Origin: Nostoc sp. | GTDB taxonomy: Bacteria; Cyanobacteriota; Cyanobacteriia; Cyanobacteriales; Nostocaceae | DNA: 64,000 nt | Direction of reading: 5' to 3' | NCBI GenBank assembly: GCA_036918135.1 | Contig: JBALDB010000001.1 | Span: forward strand, 96,001 to 160,000 | Shown here: positions 10,096-19,900 of the stretch, in pieces | How the letters are laid out: each line of letters starts with the position of its first letter | Numbering within the stretch: the first letter of the stretch is position 1 | Notes under the pieces: model-generated | Database searches by the model: none | What the model saw: only the letters and a program-made list of their open reading frames with translations | Told to the model about the DNA's origin: nothing | Translations under genes and position numbers: made by a program

Positions 10096-11181
10096 ATGAC
10101 CAATCAAAAATTGCATGGATTGCGTAATATCCTGGTGATGCGCCTCGATAATATTGGCGATGTGATTATGACAAGTCCGGCTTTACGGGCAATTAAGGAA
10201 AATTTGCCTGATTGTCGTTTGACTTTGATGACGAGTCCGGGTGGAGCGCAGGCAGTAGCGTTGTTACCTTGGGTGGATGAAGTTTTGCCGTGGCGATCGC
10301 TTTGGCAAGATTTGGGGAAGTTAGATTTCGATCCAGTGCGGGAGTGGGAATTAGTAAAAATTTTACAAGCTGGCAAGTTTGATGCAGCGATTATTTTCAC
10401 TAGTTTTAGTCAGAGTCCTCACCCAGCTGCTTTTTTATGTTACTTAGCTGGCATACCTTTGCGATTTGGAGAGTCTAAAGAATTCAGTCAGGGTTTAATA
10501 ACACAGGAAATACCAGCAGCACCCGACGAAATTCATCAAGTCGAGAGAAATTTGCGTTTAATTGAGGCGGCTGGTTTTCAAGTAAGCGATCGTAGTCTCT
10601 GCATCCAAATTCCGGAAGCTGCAAAACAACAAGCTTTAACTTTTTTACTGCATAGTAGTAAATATCAAAATTCCCAATTTGCTCCCTATCTTTTATTAAA
10701 TCCCTGGACAAGTTGCCAATCGCGTAATTATAACTCCCAACGCTTTGCTATTGCTGCCCATCAGTTAGCGGAAGCGATACAAATGCCTGTAGTCGTAACA
10801 GGTGTAGAAAAAGACCGAGACAAGAGTGCTTCTTTATTAGCAATATTAGGCGAATATGCCATTGATTTAATTGGCAAAACAACTTTACCTCAACTAGCAG
10901 CATTAATTGCTAACGCCAAGCTAGTGTTAACTAACAACACTTCAACAATGCACATAGCTGATGCTACTCGCACACCTACTGTTGTTATGTTCGCCGGAAC
11001 TGAACTTGAGTCACAATGGCAACCACGCAATGATTATTCATATTTACTGCGTCGCCCTACTGTATGTAGTCCGTGCTACGCCTTTAGCTGTCCCTATAAT
11101 TTGGAATGTTTAGATATCCCACCGGAGGAAGTTGTAGCTACTGGCTTGGCTTTGATAAAAAAGTTGAGTTTTAATAATTAA
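10096..11181 (+). CDS. Glycosyltransferase family 9
   Basis: RLDNIGDVIMTSPA, NNTSTMHIADA and CSPCYAFSCP; paralog of 6573..7709. Confidence 0.9.
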   Translation: MTNQKLHGLRNILVMRLDNIGDVIMTSPALRAIKENLPDCRLTLMTSPGGAQAVALLPWVDEVLPWRSLWQDLGKLDFDPVREWELVKILQAGKFDAAIIFTSFSQSPHPAAFLCYLAGIPLRFGESKEFSQGLITQEIPAAPDEIHQVERNLRLIEAAGFQVSDRSLCIQIPEAAKQQALTFLLHSSKYQNSQFAPYLLLNPWTSCQSRNYNSQRFAIAAHQLAEAIQMPVVVTGVEKDRDKSASLLAILGEYAIDLIGKTTLPQLAALIANAKLVLTNNTSTMHIADATRTPTVVMFAGTELESQWQPRNDYSYLLRRPTVCSPCYAFSCPYNLECLDIPPEEVVATGLALIKKLSFNN

Positions 11182-11514
11182 AGTTTGCACAATCTTGATT
11201 CTTTCTTTTGACTTTTGCCTTGTTGTCTTAGCTACAATCGCCCTAAACAAAACTTACAGCAGTTTGCAAGTAAATGAGGTACAAAATGCAGGAATTAAAA
11301 TCAGACATAAACAGTTTCTACCTCCTGCCTCAAAACCCGTAGCTTTGTACTTCATGCAAGAGAAAACTGCTGTAAATTCGTTCTTAGTTAAAGTTGTGTC
11401 GGGTTGGATGCAAGCACTAATTCATATTTAGGCGTTGCAGAATAGAAATATGAATTAGTGCAATCGCACAGATGTAATATATCGAAACAACGGCGATTGC
11501 ATAGTACACACACG

Positions 11515-12489
11515 ATGACAATTAACATCACGGTTTATGATTTTTGGGATTTGAGGAAAGCAACAAATCAAAAACTCCTAATTGATCCAATCCATCAAGA
11601 AGATTATCTTTGTCAGTATCCTAGAGAACTGGGCAAAGGCTATTATCGCTGGATTCCCCTTCGTGAAGGCATTCTCATCGAAATTCTTGAAACCTATTTG
11701 CCGCAGTCAATCAAGTGGATTACTCATGCTCATCAAAACAGTTTAGAATTTGGATTTACTTTAGCTGGATCAGGACAAGATTATGCTGGACAATCAACAA
11801 AGTCAGGAGAAGACTATATTTTTGGCGGTGTGTATCCACAGTCGAATAACAGCGTTAATGGAGCAGGTAATCTGAGGTGGGTGAGTTTGATAATTAAGCC
11901 AGAAACGCTAAGGACGTTGATCGAAAGTTATGGGGAACCACTACCGCAAGATTTAGAAAAAGCGATCGCAGGTGTACCAGAATATTTTAACCTACGTCCT
12001 AGTTTAATTACCCCAGCCAAACAAGTTGCGCTCCAGCAAATTCTTCATTGTCCTTATCAAGGACTAACACGCAAAATGTATCTGGAGAGCAAAGTGCTAG
12101 AACTAGTTTCCCTCAAACTAGCAGATCGAGTAGCAGCGCCAACAGAAAAACTGTTACGGCTTCAAGAAATCGATCGCATCCATCACGCCAGAGACATTTT
12201 ACTAAGGAATATCGGTAATCCACCTTCATTAATCGATCTTGCTCGACAAGTGGGTATTAACGAATACACTCTTAAACGCGGGTTTCGTCAAATTTTTGGG
12301 ACTAAAGTGTTTGGTTACTTACACGACTATCGCATGGAACAAGCCAGGCAATTACTGCTGTCAGGGCAAATGAAAATTGAACAGGTCGCTCAAATTGTTG
12401 GTTATGTTAACCGCAGTCGCTTTGCAAGTGCGTTTAGGAAAAAATACGGTGTAAATCCCAAAGCGTATCAAATGCAAAAGAATATTTAG
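11515..12489 (+). CDS. AraC-family (PchR-like) transcriptional regulator
   Basis: YLESKVLEL plus a C-terminal double HTH (LARQVGINEYTLKRGFRQIFG...FASAFRKKYGVNP). ATG 11515 chosen over GTG 11458. Confidence 0.9.
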   Translation: MTINITVYDFWDLRKATNQKLLIDPIHQEDYLCQYPRELGKGYYRWIPLREGILIEILETYLPQSIKWITHAHQNSLEFGFTLAGSGQDYAGQSTKSGEDYIFGGVYPQSNNSVNGAGNLRWVSLIIKPETLRTLIESYGEPLPQDLEKAIAGVPEYFNLRPSLITPAKQVALQQILHCPYQGLTRKMYLESKVLELVSLKLADRVAAPTEKLLRLQEIDRIHHARDILLRNIGNPPSLIDLARQVGINEYTLKRGFRQIFGTKVFGYLHDYRMEQARQLLLSGQMKIEQVAQIVGYVNRSRFASAFRKKYGVNPKAYQMQKNI

Positions 12490-12667
12490 ACCTATTACTG
12501 TATTAATCTACCTCAAAATTCCAATTAGGGCGCAAAAAAATTCCGTTTTGGAGCCATTTTTTTGACTTAAATCCTGTATTGTACTAGCAAGAGCAAGTTG
12601 AGAAATCTTCTTGACTAACGAGCAAAAATATTTGCTCTGTTGCTAACCTGCTTGGTGTAAAGAAAAT

Positions 12668-15328
12668 ATGTGGAATTTGCAACTGCCATTGTTGGCGGCT
12701 ACTTTGGTGTCGGTATTTTTTGCACAGACTGTATTGGCACAGGAAGTTAGTAAGAGCCAAAATCTGACAGATAACCAAGAAAATCAGATAGACCAGATAA
12801 AATTGCCAATAACTCATGCAAATAGGAACATTAGGCAATTAAGTGAGCTAGAACCAGTTTCTACTAGCGCTCGTATGTTATTAGTGCAGTCGCCAACACC
12901 CACATCAGAAATTGTCCAAGTGACAGCAGTCAAAGCAAACCCCACTGATAAAGGCGTGGAGGTAATTTTACAGACATCTAAGGGGCAACAGTTACAGCTA
13001 GTAAATCACACTTCGGGCAATAATTTTATCGCTGATATTCCGAATGCCCAACTGCGCCTACCGTCGGGCAATGCCTTTAGTTTTCGCTCAGATAAACCAA
13101 TAGCGGGTGTTAGCAAAATCACGGTGACAAACCTTGATGCCAATACTATCAGGGTGAGTGTCACAGGTGAAGTGAGTCAGCCAGTTGTGGAGTTATTTGA
13201 TAGTCCAGATGAGGGGATAATTTTCTCTGTTGCAAGTGCTTTATCTGCCACGCCATCACAGCAGCAACCGCAAACACAACCAAACCAAACACAGCAACCG
13301 GAAAATCAGACACAACCAACTCAACCATCAGCCAACAGTGATGAGCCGATTGAGTTGGTGGTGACTGGCGAACAAGATGGGTATCGCGCCACAGATAGTT
13401 CAACTGCAACCAGAACCGACACACCGTTGCGCGATATTCCTCAGTCGATTCAAGTAATTCCGCAAGAGGTAATCAAAGACCAGCAAATCACACGGATTAG
13501 CGATGCGACCCGGAATGTGTCCGGCGTATCACCGTTAACAGGCTTTGCCAATGTATTTGATATCTACACGATTCGAGGATTTACCAACTACAACATTCTG
13601 ACAAATGGTTTCAAAACCAACAGTTATCCTCCAGCTACAGCCAGCGTAGAGAGAGTTGAAGTTCTTAAAGGTCCTGCCTCTGTATTGTATGGTCAGATTG
13701 AACCGGGCGGTGTCGTCAATTATGTGACTAAGCAACCCTTGGGCGATCCCTACTACGCAGCAGAATTTACAGCAGGTAGTTTCAGTTTTTATCGGGGTAC
13801 CATCGACTTTTCTGGACCACTTACCACCGACAAAAAATTACTCTATCGCTTGAATGTTGCTTACGAGAATTCCGCCAGTTACCGGGATTTCTATAATTAC
13901 GATAATTTCACTGTGTCCCCTGTCATCACTTATAAGCCTAGCGAAAACACAGCTCTCACTTTTGAATACCAGTATGGTAGACGACGTGGAGGATTCGATC
14001 GCGCCTTTCCACCGAACAACCCCGCTCTGACGCTTCCCATCACTCGCAACTTCGGAGAGCCTAATGACTTTAACAATCTAGACTATCATCGCGCATCTTT
14101 AACACTGGATCAGCATTTCGGCGAAAGTTTACAACTGCGAAGCGCTCTTTTTTTCCAATCATTCGTTGATAACAGTGCCTATGTCAACATTAACATCATT
14201 GAACCAGATGGTCGTACTTTGGAGCGCGACTACTCAGTAAACGACGATCTCCTCACTAAATACTACTCCTGGCAAACTGATTTAATTGGTAAGTTCAACA
14301 CAGGTTCAATTGCCCATCAACTCCTGCTAGGCTTGGAGTTGAGTCGAAACACATCACCACCTGGTCTTTTATCTAACTATAACTATAGTACTGGCTTAAT
14401 CGATATTTTCAATCCTGTCTATGGTGCTGGCCGTCCCACAACCCTAGAAAATGCTACTTATTATTCTGGCAAAACCGACACACTAGGTCTTTATTTGCAA
14501 GACCAAGTAACTCTACTATCTAATTTGAAGTTGCTGGTTGGTGGTAGATACGATTTTGTTGATAGCGTCAATAGTACAAGACCATTAGGTGGAGACATCA
14601 ATAGCTCTAAGTTTAACGGTAATGCCTTTTCACCCCGTGTGGGATTAGTCTATCAACCTATTGAACCGATTTCGCTCTATGCTAGTTACAGCCGTTCCTT
14701 TGTTCCCAACACTGGCAGAACGGCTAGTGGAGAAATACTCGAACCTTCTCGCGGTACACAGTACGAAGTTGGTATAAAATCTGAACTTTTTGATCGACGG
14801 CTTTTTGCAACGCTAGCTGCCTATGATATTACCAAAACAAACATACTCACAACAGACCCTAACAATACCGACTTTTCAATTGCGGTGGGAGAAGTCAAAA
14901 GTCGAGGGATTGAACTGGATGTAGCAGGAGAAATTTTACCAGGTTGGAAGATTATTGCTTCTGGGTATTTGAATGATGCATTTGTGAGCAAGGATAACAG
15001 CATTCCAGTAGGACGCAGACTGGAAAATGCAGCCGATCATGGCGCTTCTTTATGGACAACCTATGAGATTCAAAAAGGTGACTTGCAAGGATTACAGTTT
15101 GGTGCAGGTATCTTTTTTGTCGGCGATCGCATTGCCAACCAGAGCGATCCCTTTACTATTCCTTCTTATGTGAGAACTGATGCCGCAATCTCCTACAAAC
15201 ATGATAACTGGCGGGCGGCACTCAACTTTAAGAATATCTTTGATGTCAAATATTACGACACCAACGGCTACTACCTCTTTCCTCAAGCACCGTTGACTGT
15301 GTTGGGAACGATTTCAGTAGAGTTTTGA
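12668..15328 (+). CDS. TonB-dependent siderophore receptor with N-terminal AMIN domain
   Basis: Signal peptide, AMIN-like region, Q/P linker, plug (TDTPLRDIPQSIQV, ERVEVLKGPASVLYG) and a barrel ending in Phe. Confidence 0.93.
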   Translation: MWNLQLPLLAATLVSVFFAQTVLAQEVSKSQNLTDNQENQIDQIKLPITHANRNIRQLSELEPVSTSARMLLVQSPTPTSEIVQVTAVKANPTDKGVEVILQTSKGQQLQLVNHTSGNNFIADIPNAQLRLPSGNAFSFRSDKPIAGVSKITVTNLDANTIRVSVTGEVSQPVVELFDSPDEGIIFSVASALSATPSQQQPQTQPNQTQQPENQTQPTQPSANSDEPIELVVTGEQDGYRATDSSTATRTDTPLRDIPQSIQVIPQEVIKDQQITRISDATRNVSGVSPLTGFANVFDIYTIRGFTNYNILTNGFKTNSYPPATASVERVEVLKGPASVLYGQIEPGGVVNYVTKQPLGDPYYAAEFTAGSFSFYRGTIDFSGPLTTDKKLLYRLNVAYENSASYRDFYNYDNFTVSPVITYKPSENTALTFEYQYGRRRGGFDRAFPPNNPALTLPITRNFGEPNDFNNLDYHRASLTLDQHFGESLQLRSALFFQSFVDNSAYVNINIIEPDGRTLERDYSVNDDLLTKYYSWQTDLIGKFNTGSIAHQLLLGLELSRNTSPPGLLSNYNYSTGLIDIFNPVYGAGRPTTLENATYYSGKTDTLGLYLQDQVTLLSNLKLLVGGRYDFVDSVNSTRPLGGDINSSKFNGNAFSPRVGLVYQPIEPISLYASYSRSFVPNTGRTASGEILEPSRGTQYEVGIKSELFDRRLFATLAAYDITKTNILTTDPNNTDFSIAVGEVKSRGIELDVAGEILPGWKIIASGYLNDAFVSKDNSIPVGRRLENAADHGASLWTTYEIQKGDLQGLQFGAGIFFVGDRIANQSDPFTIPSYVRTDAAISYKHDNWRAALNFKNIFDVKYYDTNGYYLFPQAPLTVLGTISVEF

Positions 15329-15688
15329 CCTTATATTTATCAAGAATAGACCTCTTGCAAAAAGTTTTATGGTAATGTGGGGGGTTAACTAAATCGAAGG
15401 TAACGAATCAACAGACATCTTTGAAAACTATCAAAGTTTCTCCTTGCAATAGTACAGACAATTGTGTTTAGAACAACTACACCAACAAGCGCAATTTGTA
15501 CCGTCAATTAAGTGTCTATCGTTTTTTATTAACTTCAGTAGACCGAAAAGTTTTACGTTGGCGTTCGCATAGCCTCTTGTAGAGAAGCTCACCGTACCCC
15601 TACGGTAAAGCAAGCTACGCGTAGCGTTCTGCGAAAAAGGTATCGCTATATGATGGATATCTATTCTACTTCTCCTCTGTTTCTACTT

Positions 15689-16900
15689 ATGATTCGCATT
15701 ATTATCATTGCTGGTACTTATAAACCTGAACATTGTGGTGTTGCTCACTACACTGCACGCTTGCGGAATGCTCTAAAACAGGAGGACATTGAGTCTATTG
15801 TCCTTACAACCTATAAAGCAGCCGTACAGACAAACGATCCCAGCGTAAGAGGTGTGGTAAAAAACTGGGATTTTGCTAGTCTAATGTCTTTGGTACAAGC
15901 AGTGCATTCTATCAATGCTGATATTGTACATATTCAACATGCAGCAGGAACTTATGGATTTAGGCGTGCCATCTTTTTTTTACCACTTATTTTAAAAATT
16001 ACTGGTTATCAAAAGTCAATAGTAACAACTGTACATGAATATGGCTGGTGGGAATGGCAACCCAATTATCTACCGTGGCAGTTCATAGAATGGTTAAAGA
16101 TATGGGGGCAAAATTATAGCTGGTGGGATAGAGAAGATGGGTTTTTACTAACTTTGAGCAATGCAATAATTACAACCAACGCCGAGGCAGAAAAAATAAT
16201 TCATCAACGCTTACCGCAACTTAGGCAACGTATTTTTAATATCCCCATTGCTGCAAATGTTGAGTTTAGTACACCCATTGACCAATCTATAGCACGTGAG
16301 CGATCGCGTAAAATATGCAACTGGAATTTAGATACAATTGTTATTGTATTTTTTGGTTTTCTTCACCCAGTCAAAGGATTAGAAACACTCTTGCCAGCAT
16401 TCCAAAAATTACTGTTAACTCACCCACAAGCACGACTGTTGTTAGTTGGTGGTGTTGAAAGTTTAGCTTTGCCAGGGGAAGAGGCGAAACGCTACTGGGA
16501 TAAACTCCACACTTTAGCAAAGGAATTAAATATAGACAACAAAGTGCATTTTACAGGCTATGTAGATGCTAAAACTGCTTCAGAATATCTTTCTGGTGCT
16601 GATATCGGTGTGTTACCTTTCAACCACGGACTGACTATAAAAAGTGGTTCACTTCTAACTTTGTTGGCTCATAATTTGCCAGTCATTGGTACACACCATG
16701 AGATACCTTTACCAGATGAAATGAGAGTCCAGCTAGTACGTCCTCGGAATATAGATGCTTTAGCAGATGCACTTTACCAATTGCTGAACCATCCAAATAA
16801 ATTTAGTCATTTAGCTGCGGCTGATTCTACCTTTATAGAAAAATTTAGTTGGAAGAATATAGCGCGATCGCACCTCACAATCTACCAACAATTTAACTAA
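15689..16900 (+). CDS. Glycosyltransferase family 4
   Basis: CGVAHYT, FFGFLHPVKGLE and ADIGVLPF motifs; start uncertain (15650 or 15689). Confidence 0.85.
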   Translation: MIRIIIIAGTYKPEHCGVAHYTARLRNALKQEDIESIVLTTYKAAVQTNDPSVRGVVKNWDFASLMSLVQAVHSINADIVHIQHAAGTYGFRRAIFFLPLILKITGYQKSIVTTVHEYGWWEWQPNYLPWQFIEWLKIWGQNYSWWDREDGFLLTLSNAIITTNAEAEKIIHQRLPQLRQRIFNIPIAANVEFSTPIDQSIARERSRKICNWNLDTIVIVFFGFLHPVKGLETLLPAFQKLLLTHPQARLLLVGGVESLALPGEEAKRYWDKLHTLAKELNIDNKVHFTGYVDAKTASEYLSGADIGVLPFNHGLTIKSGSLLTLLAHNLPVIGTHHEIPLPDEMRVQLVRPRNIDALADALYQLLNHPNKFSHLAAADSTFIEKFSWKNIARSHLTIYQQFN

Positions 16901-16945
16901 AATAGTGCTAACTTATCTCCCTTCCCTAAATTAAATAGTATCTGC

Positions 16946-18157
16946 CTAACACTCAGAAATACTCAGTTGCCGTAGTAGCAAAGCTAAACGAATTTGAACT
17001 GCATCATCAAAATGACGTGGGTTAAGTCCAGTTAGCAGGTGAATTTTATCTAATCGATAACTAAGAGTATTTCGATGGATAGAAAGGCGACTAGCTGTAG
17101 GAGAAGAACAACAGTTTTCAATGAAGAAAGCATCAAGAGTAGCTAGCAATTCCGGTTCGTGGTTCAGAGGACTTAGCAAATAGGCAGCTAATTCTATTTT
17201 GGTTCGCTCATCCTTAATACCAATAAAGGCGGCGATTCCCAATTCATCTAAACAATGTACTTGGTTGCGATCGCAAAAGCGATCGCCCAAAGTCAAAGCA
17301 GCCCGCGCGTCTTGATATGATTGAGCAAGTCCCCGAATCCCTGGGTGATAACGACCAACACTAATACTGAGCGACATACCAGTTTGCTCTTGTAAACAGA
17401 GTAATAATGCTCTTGCTGCTCGCTTGAGTGCTGTCAGATTAGACCAAGAAGAACTACACTGCTCTGGTAAATCTTCACGATTTGCCCAACTACCGAGATT
17501 TTTTGTATCACTTGCTTTAAGAACAGCTACTTCGCTATTACCGATATAGGCACAAATTGAGTCGTTAGGAAGACAGAAAAAGCTAACAATATTTTTAATG
17601 ATTAAATCTGCCCATCGTCGAATCTCTACCTCAGTAGTATCCTGCTTTATCTGATAATAAATGTCATTTTTTAATATATAATCAGCAGCACTTATTAAAA
17701 TAACTGCACGAGGCGGAGACAAATCTATTCCTAATATTTTACTATAGTGAATAACAGTTTTTTCTTCGTCGATTAAGCCATGAAGTAAATCGTAAATAAA
17801 CTTATCTTTTAACTGATGTTGATTAACCAATGTATTAATTATCGTAGTTTGTTTAGTTACTAATTCTACGACTTCCTGGGCTAAACGATAAGAAATTACT
17901 TCTCCATTATGCGGTTGGCTAACAACTACTTCAACAACTTGCTGATTAAATGATAAAGATACTCGTAAATAGTTATAAGTAATTTCTTTACGAACGTAGT
18001 TGAAAGAGTAATTAATTAATGTTGGATTACTACTAGCAATTATGCAAGCATATCGATCTAAAATAATAACTTCCGCGCATAATAGCTGCGCTACTTGTTC
18101 TGCAACTATTGTTAGAACTTGTTCAAATTGTGTATTAGTTTTCAATAATGCTTTCAT
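16946..18157 (-). CDS. CdaR/PucR-family transcriptional regulator
   Basis: C-terminal HTH TASRLSIHRNTLSYRLDKI, GGDEF-like middle region and sugar-diacid-recognition-like N-terminus. Confidence 0.88.
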   Translation of the reverse strand: MKALLKTNTQFEQVLTIVAEQVAQLLCAEVIILDRYACIIASSNPTLINYSFNYVRKEITYNYLRVSLSFNQQVVEVVVSQPHNGEVISYRLAQEVVELVTKQTTIINTLVNQHQLKDKFIYDLLHGLIDEEKTVIHYSKILGIDLSPPRAVILISAADYILKNDIYYQIKQDTTEVEIRRWADLIIKNIVSFFCLPNDSICAYIGNSEVAVLKASDTKNLGSWANREDLPEQCSSSWSNLTALKRAARALLLCLQEQTGMSLSISVGRYHPGIRGLAQSYQDARAALTLGDRFCDRNQVHCLDELGIAAFIGIKDERTKIELAAYLLSPLNHEPELLATLDAFFIENCCSSPTASRLSIHRNTLSYRLDKIHLLTGLNPRHFDDAVQIRLALLLRQLSISEC

Positions 18158-18532
18158 CTAATAATATTTATAATTAATTATTAAACTAATTACTTACTAA
18201 TAATAGCTGCCTCAATAAATAAGAAAAATTAAACTCTCTAAAAATTATTTAATGTGATTAATTAGATATAAATAAACCTATAAATAAAAAACTAAACTTT
18301 CGATATAAAAACATCTTTTTGAAGTTGTAATTAGTAGTCCTCGCTCAAGTACTCTTTGAGACAACATCACAGGTGGTCAAATCTCAGTTGAGCTTTGTAA
18401 TATCGATCCTTCACCAGAGTAATTTAATGGTACAAAAGTATTATACACGAGAAGAAGTTGAGCTATCCGCCTTTTGTAGTTTCGTTGACATTTACGGTTA
18501 TATTAGACTGATATTCGATTGTTGAAATATAC

Positions 18533-18609
18533 GTAGGGTGCGTTAGCCAGAGGCATAACGCACTACCCAAAGGCTTTGGTGCCGTACTCTCGCCGATAAC
18601 ACACCCTAC
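18533..18609. repeat. REP-like palindromic element (GTAG type)
   Basis: GTAGGGTG...CACCCTAC termini with an internal GTGCGTTA...TAACGCAC hairpin. Confidence 0.6.
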
Positions 18610-18968
18610 AGACACTTAGATTTTTTCATAAATCAAATCATATTCCTATTATTGGGAACAAGTTAAAAGTAAGTAAATTTTGTCAATATATCTTTGAGCA
18701 TAAATATCTTCTGATAAAAATGATAATTGTAGCGAAGAGGAAGGATGCGAGCGACGTTTGCATCCTTCCCCACCTCAATTTTTGATTATCATTATCGTGC
18801 TGGTTTACTAGAATGATTTGTTTCCAACAAAATTACATAGAACTCAGTTAAGACAAATAATTGAGCGACCGGAAGCGACCACGAAGCAGGAGCGGCTGGT
18901 GTTGCTGGCACAGGAAGCGATCGCTTGGTTGCAGGCGCAGGGTGAGAAGGTGACGCAGCAGCGCGTCG

Positions 18969-19352
18969 TTAGGTGTTTTGGTTGGATGATGGAAGCGGAC
19001 AAACTTCCATGCTTCGGATCAGACCATGCTCGATGGTGAAGCGATGACCAACGTACTCATCAGCCAGAAGGTTCCCCGCCAGGTCGCGCACGACCTGATG
19101 CACATTGACCAAAACACGCCCGTCATCTTCTGCGTGAAAGGAAGTCGGTTCCACGTGCGGGTTGATCTCGTCCCATTGCTCTGTCCAATAAGCGCGGACT
19201 TCCTGAGATCCATGGACAAAACCACCTTTGAACGCTTTCGGCCAAGCCACGTCAGGAGTCATGATCGCGAGGGCGGTGTCGATGTCTCGTGCGTTGAAGG
19301 CTGCGTAGGCCGCGCGCAGCAGTTCGATTTTTGACGAAGAATTATCTGGCAT
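18969..19352 (-). CDS. SnoaL/NTF2-like fold protein
   Basis: AYAAFNARDID...HGSQEVRAYW pattern; 127 aa; visibly GC-richer than its flanks. Confidence 0.85.
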   Translation of the reverse strand: MPDNSSSKIELLRAAYAAFNARDIDTALAIMTPDVAWPKAFKGGFVHGSQEVRAYWTEQWDEINPHVEPTSFHAEDDGRVLVNVHQVVRDLAGNLLADEYVGHRFTIEHGLIRSMEVCPLPSSNQNT

Positions 19353-19402
19353 AAAGGTGCGATGAGCTATGGTCAGTAGACCGAAAAGTTTTCCCTTCAG
19401 AC

Positions 19403-19437
19403 AGGGTGTAGGGTGTGGGGTGTGGGGTGTAGGGTGT
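19403..19437. repeat. Heptamer tandem repeat (RGGGTGT x5)
   Basis: Sequence reads agggtgt agggtgt ggggtgt ggggtgt agggtgt. Confidence 0.85.
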
Positions 19438-19900
19438 AAATAGTTTGATTTTCGGTCTCTTCAGATGTACGGAATTTTTTCAGAAATCAAATACTAGCCC
19501 TATATTCTACTGGAAGCTTTGTCGTTTAAAGTCAAACGACATAATTATTATGGTTTCAGGATTGCTTCCCTACGGTTGCAATGACTGTTATTTGAGCGGA
19601 CACGAGCTGAATACGATCGTGCTATAGCTACTAAACAAACAGTTGATAAATACTGGCAGTATAAAGACAGAAAGTACAAAGAGTATCAACAAAAGCTTAC
19701 TGAGATTGCACAGTAAGCTGAAGGCGTAAAGGATGATCCAAAAACTTCGTTGATGACAATCGACCTACTTTCTGTGAAGTTTATGGGCGAGTTCTTTTCA
19801 AACTCGTAAACAGCATAGTGGCAGCAAACCTTGTCTCTATAATCCCGGACATGCTCCGCTACGCGATCGCCCGATTGGCAGACCGCAGCACAAACAGACA

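Noticed and set aside
11195..11431. 78-aa ORF between the last GT9 and AraC
   Set aside because: TTG start, no recognisable motif; probably intergenic.
12597..12616. Fur box upstream of the TonB receptor (GTTGAGAAATCTTCTTGACT)
   Set aside because: Only weak similarity to the consensus; cannot be supported by eye.
18818..19039. 73-aa ORF as an intact gene
   Set aside because: It spans an AT-to-GC junction and overlaps the SnoaL gene antisense; treated as a fragment.
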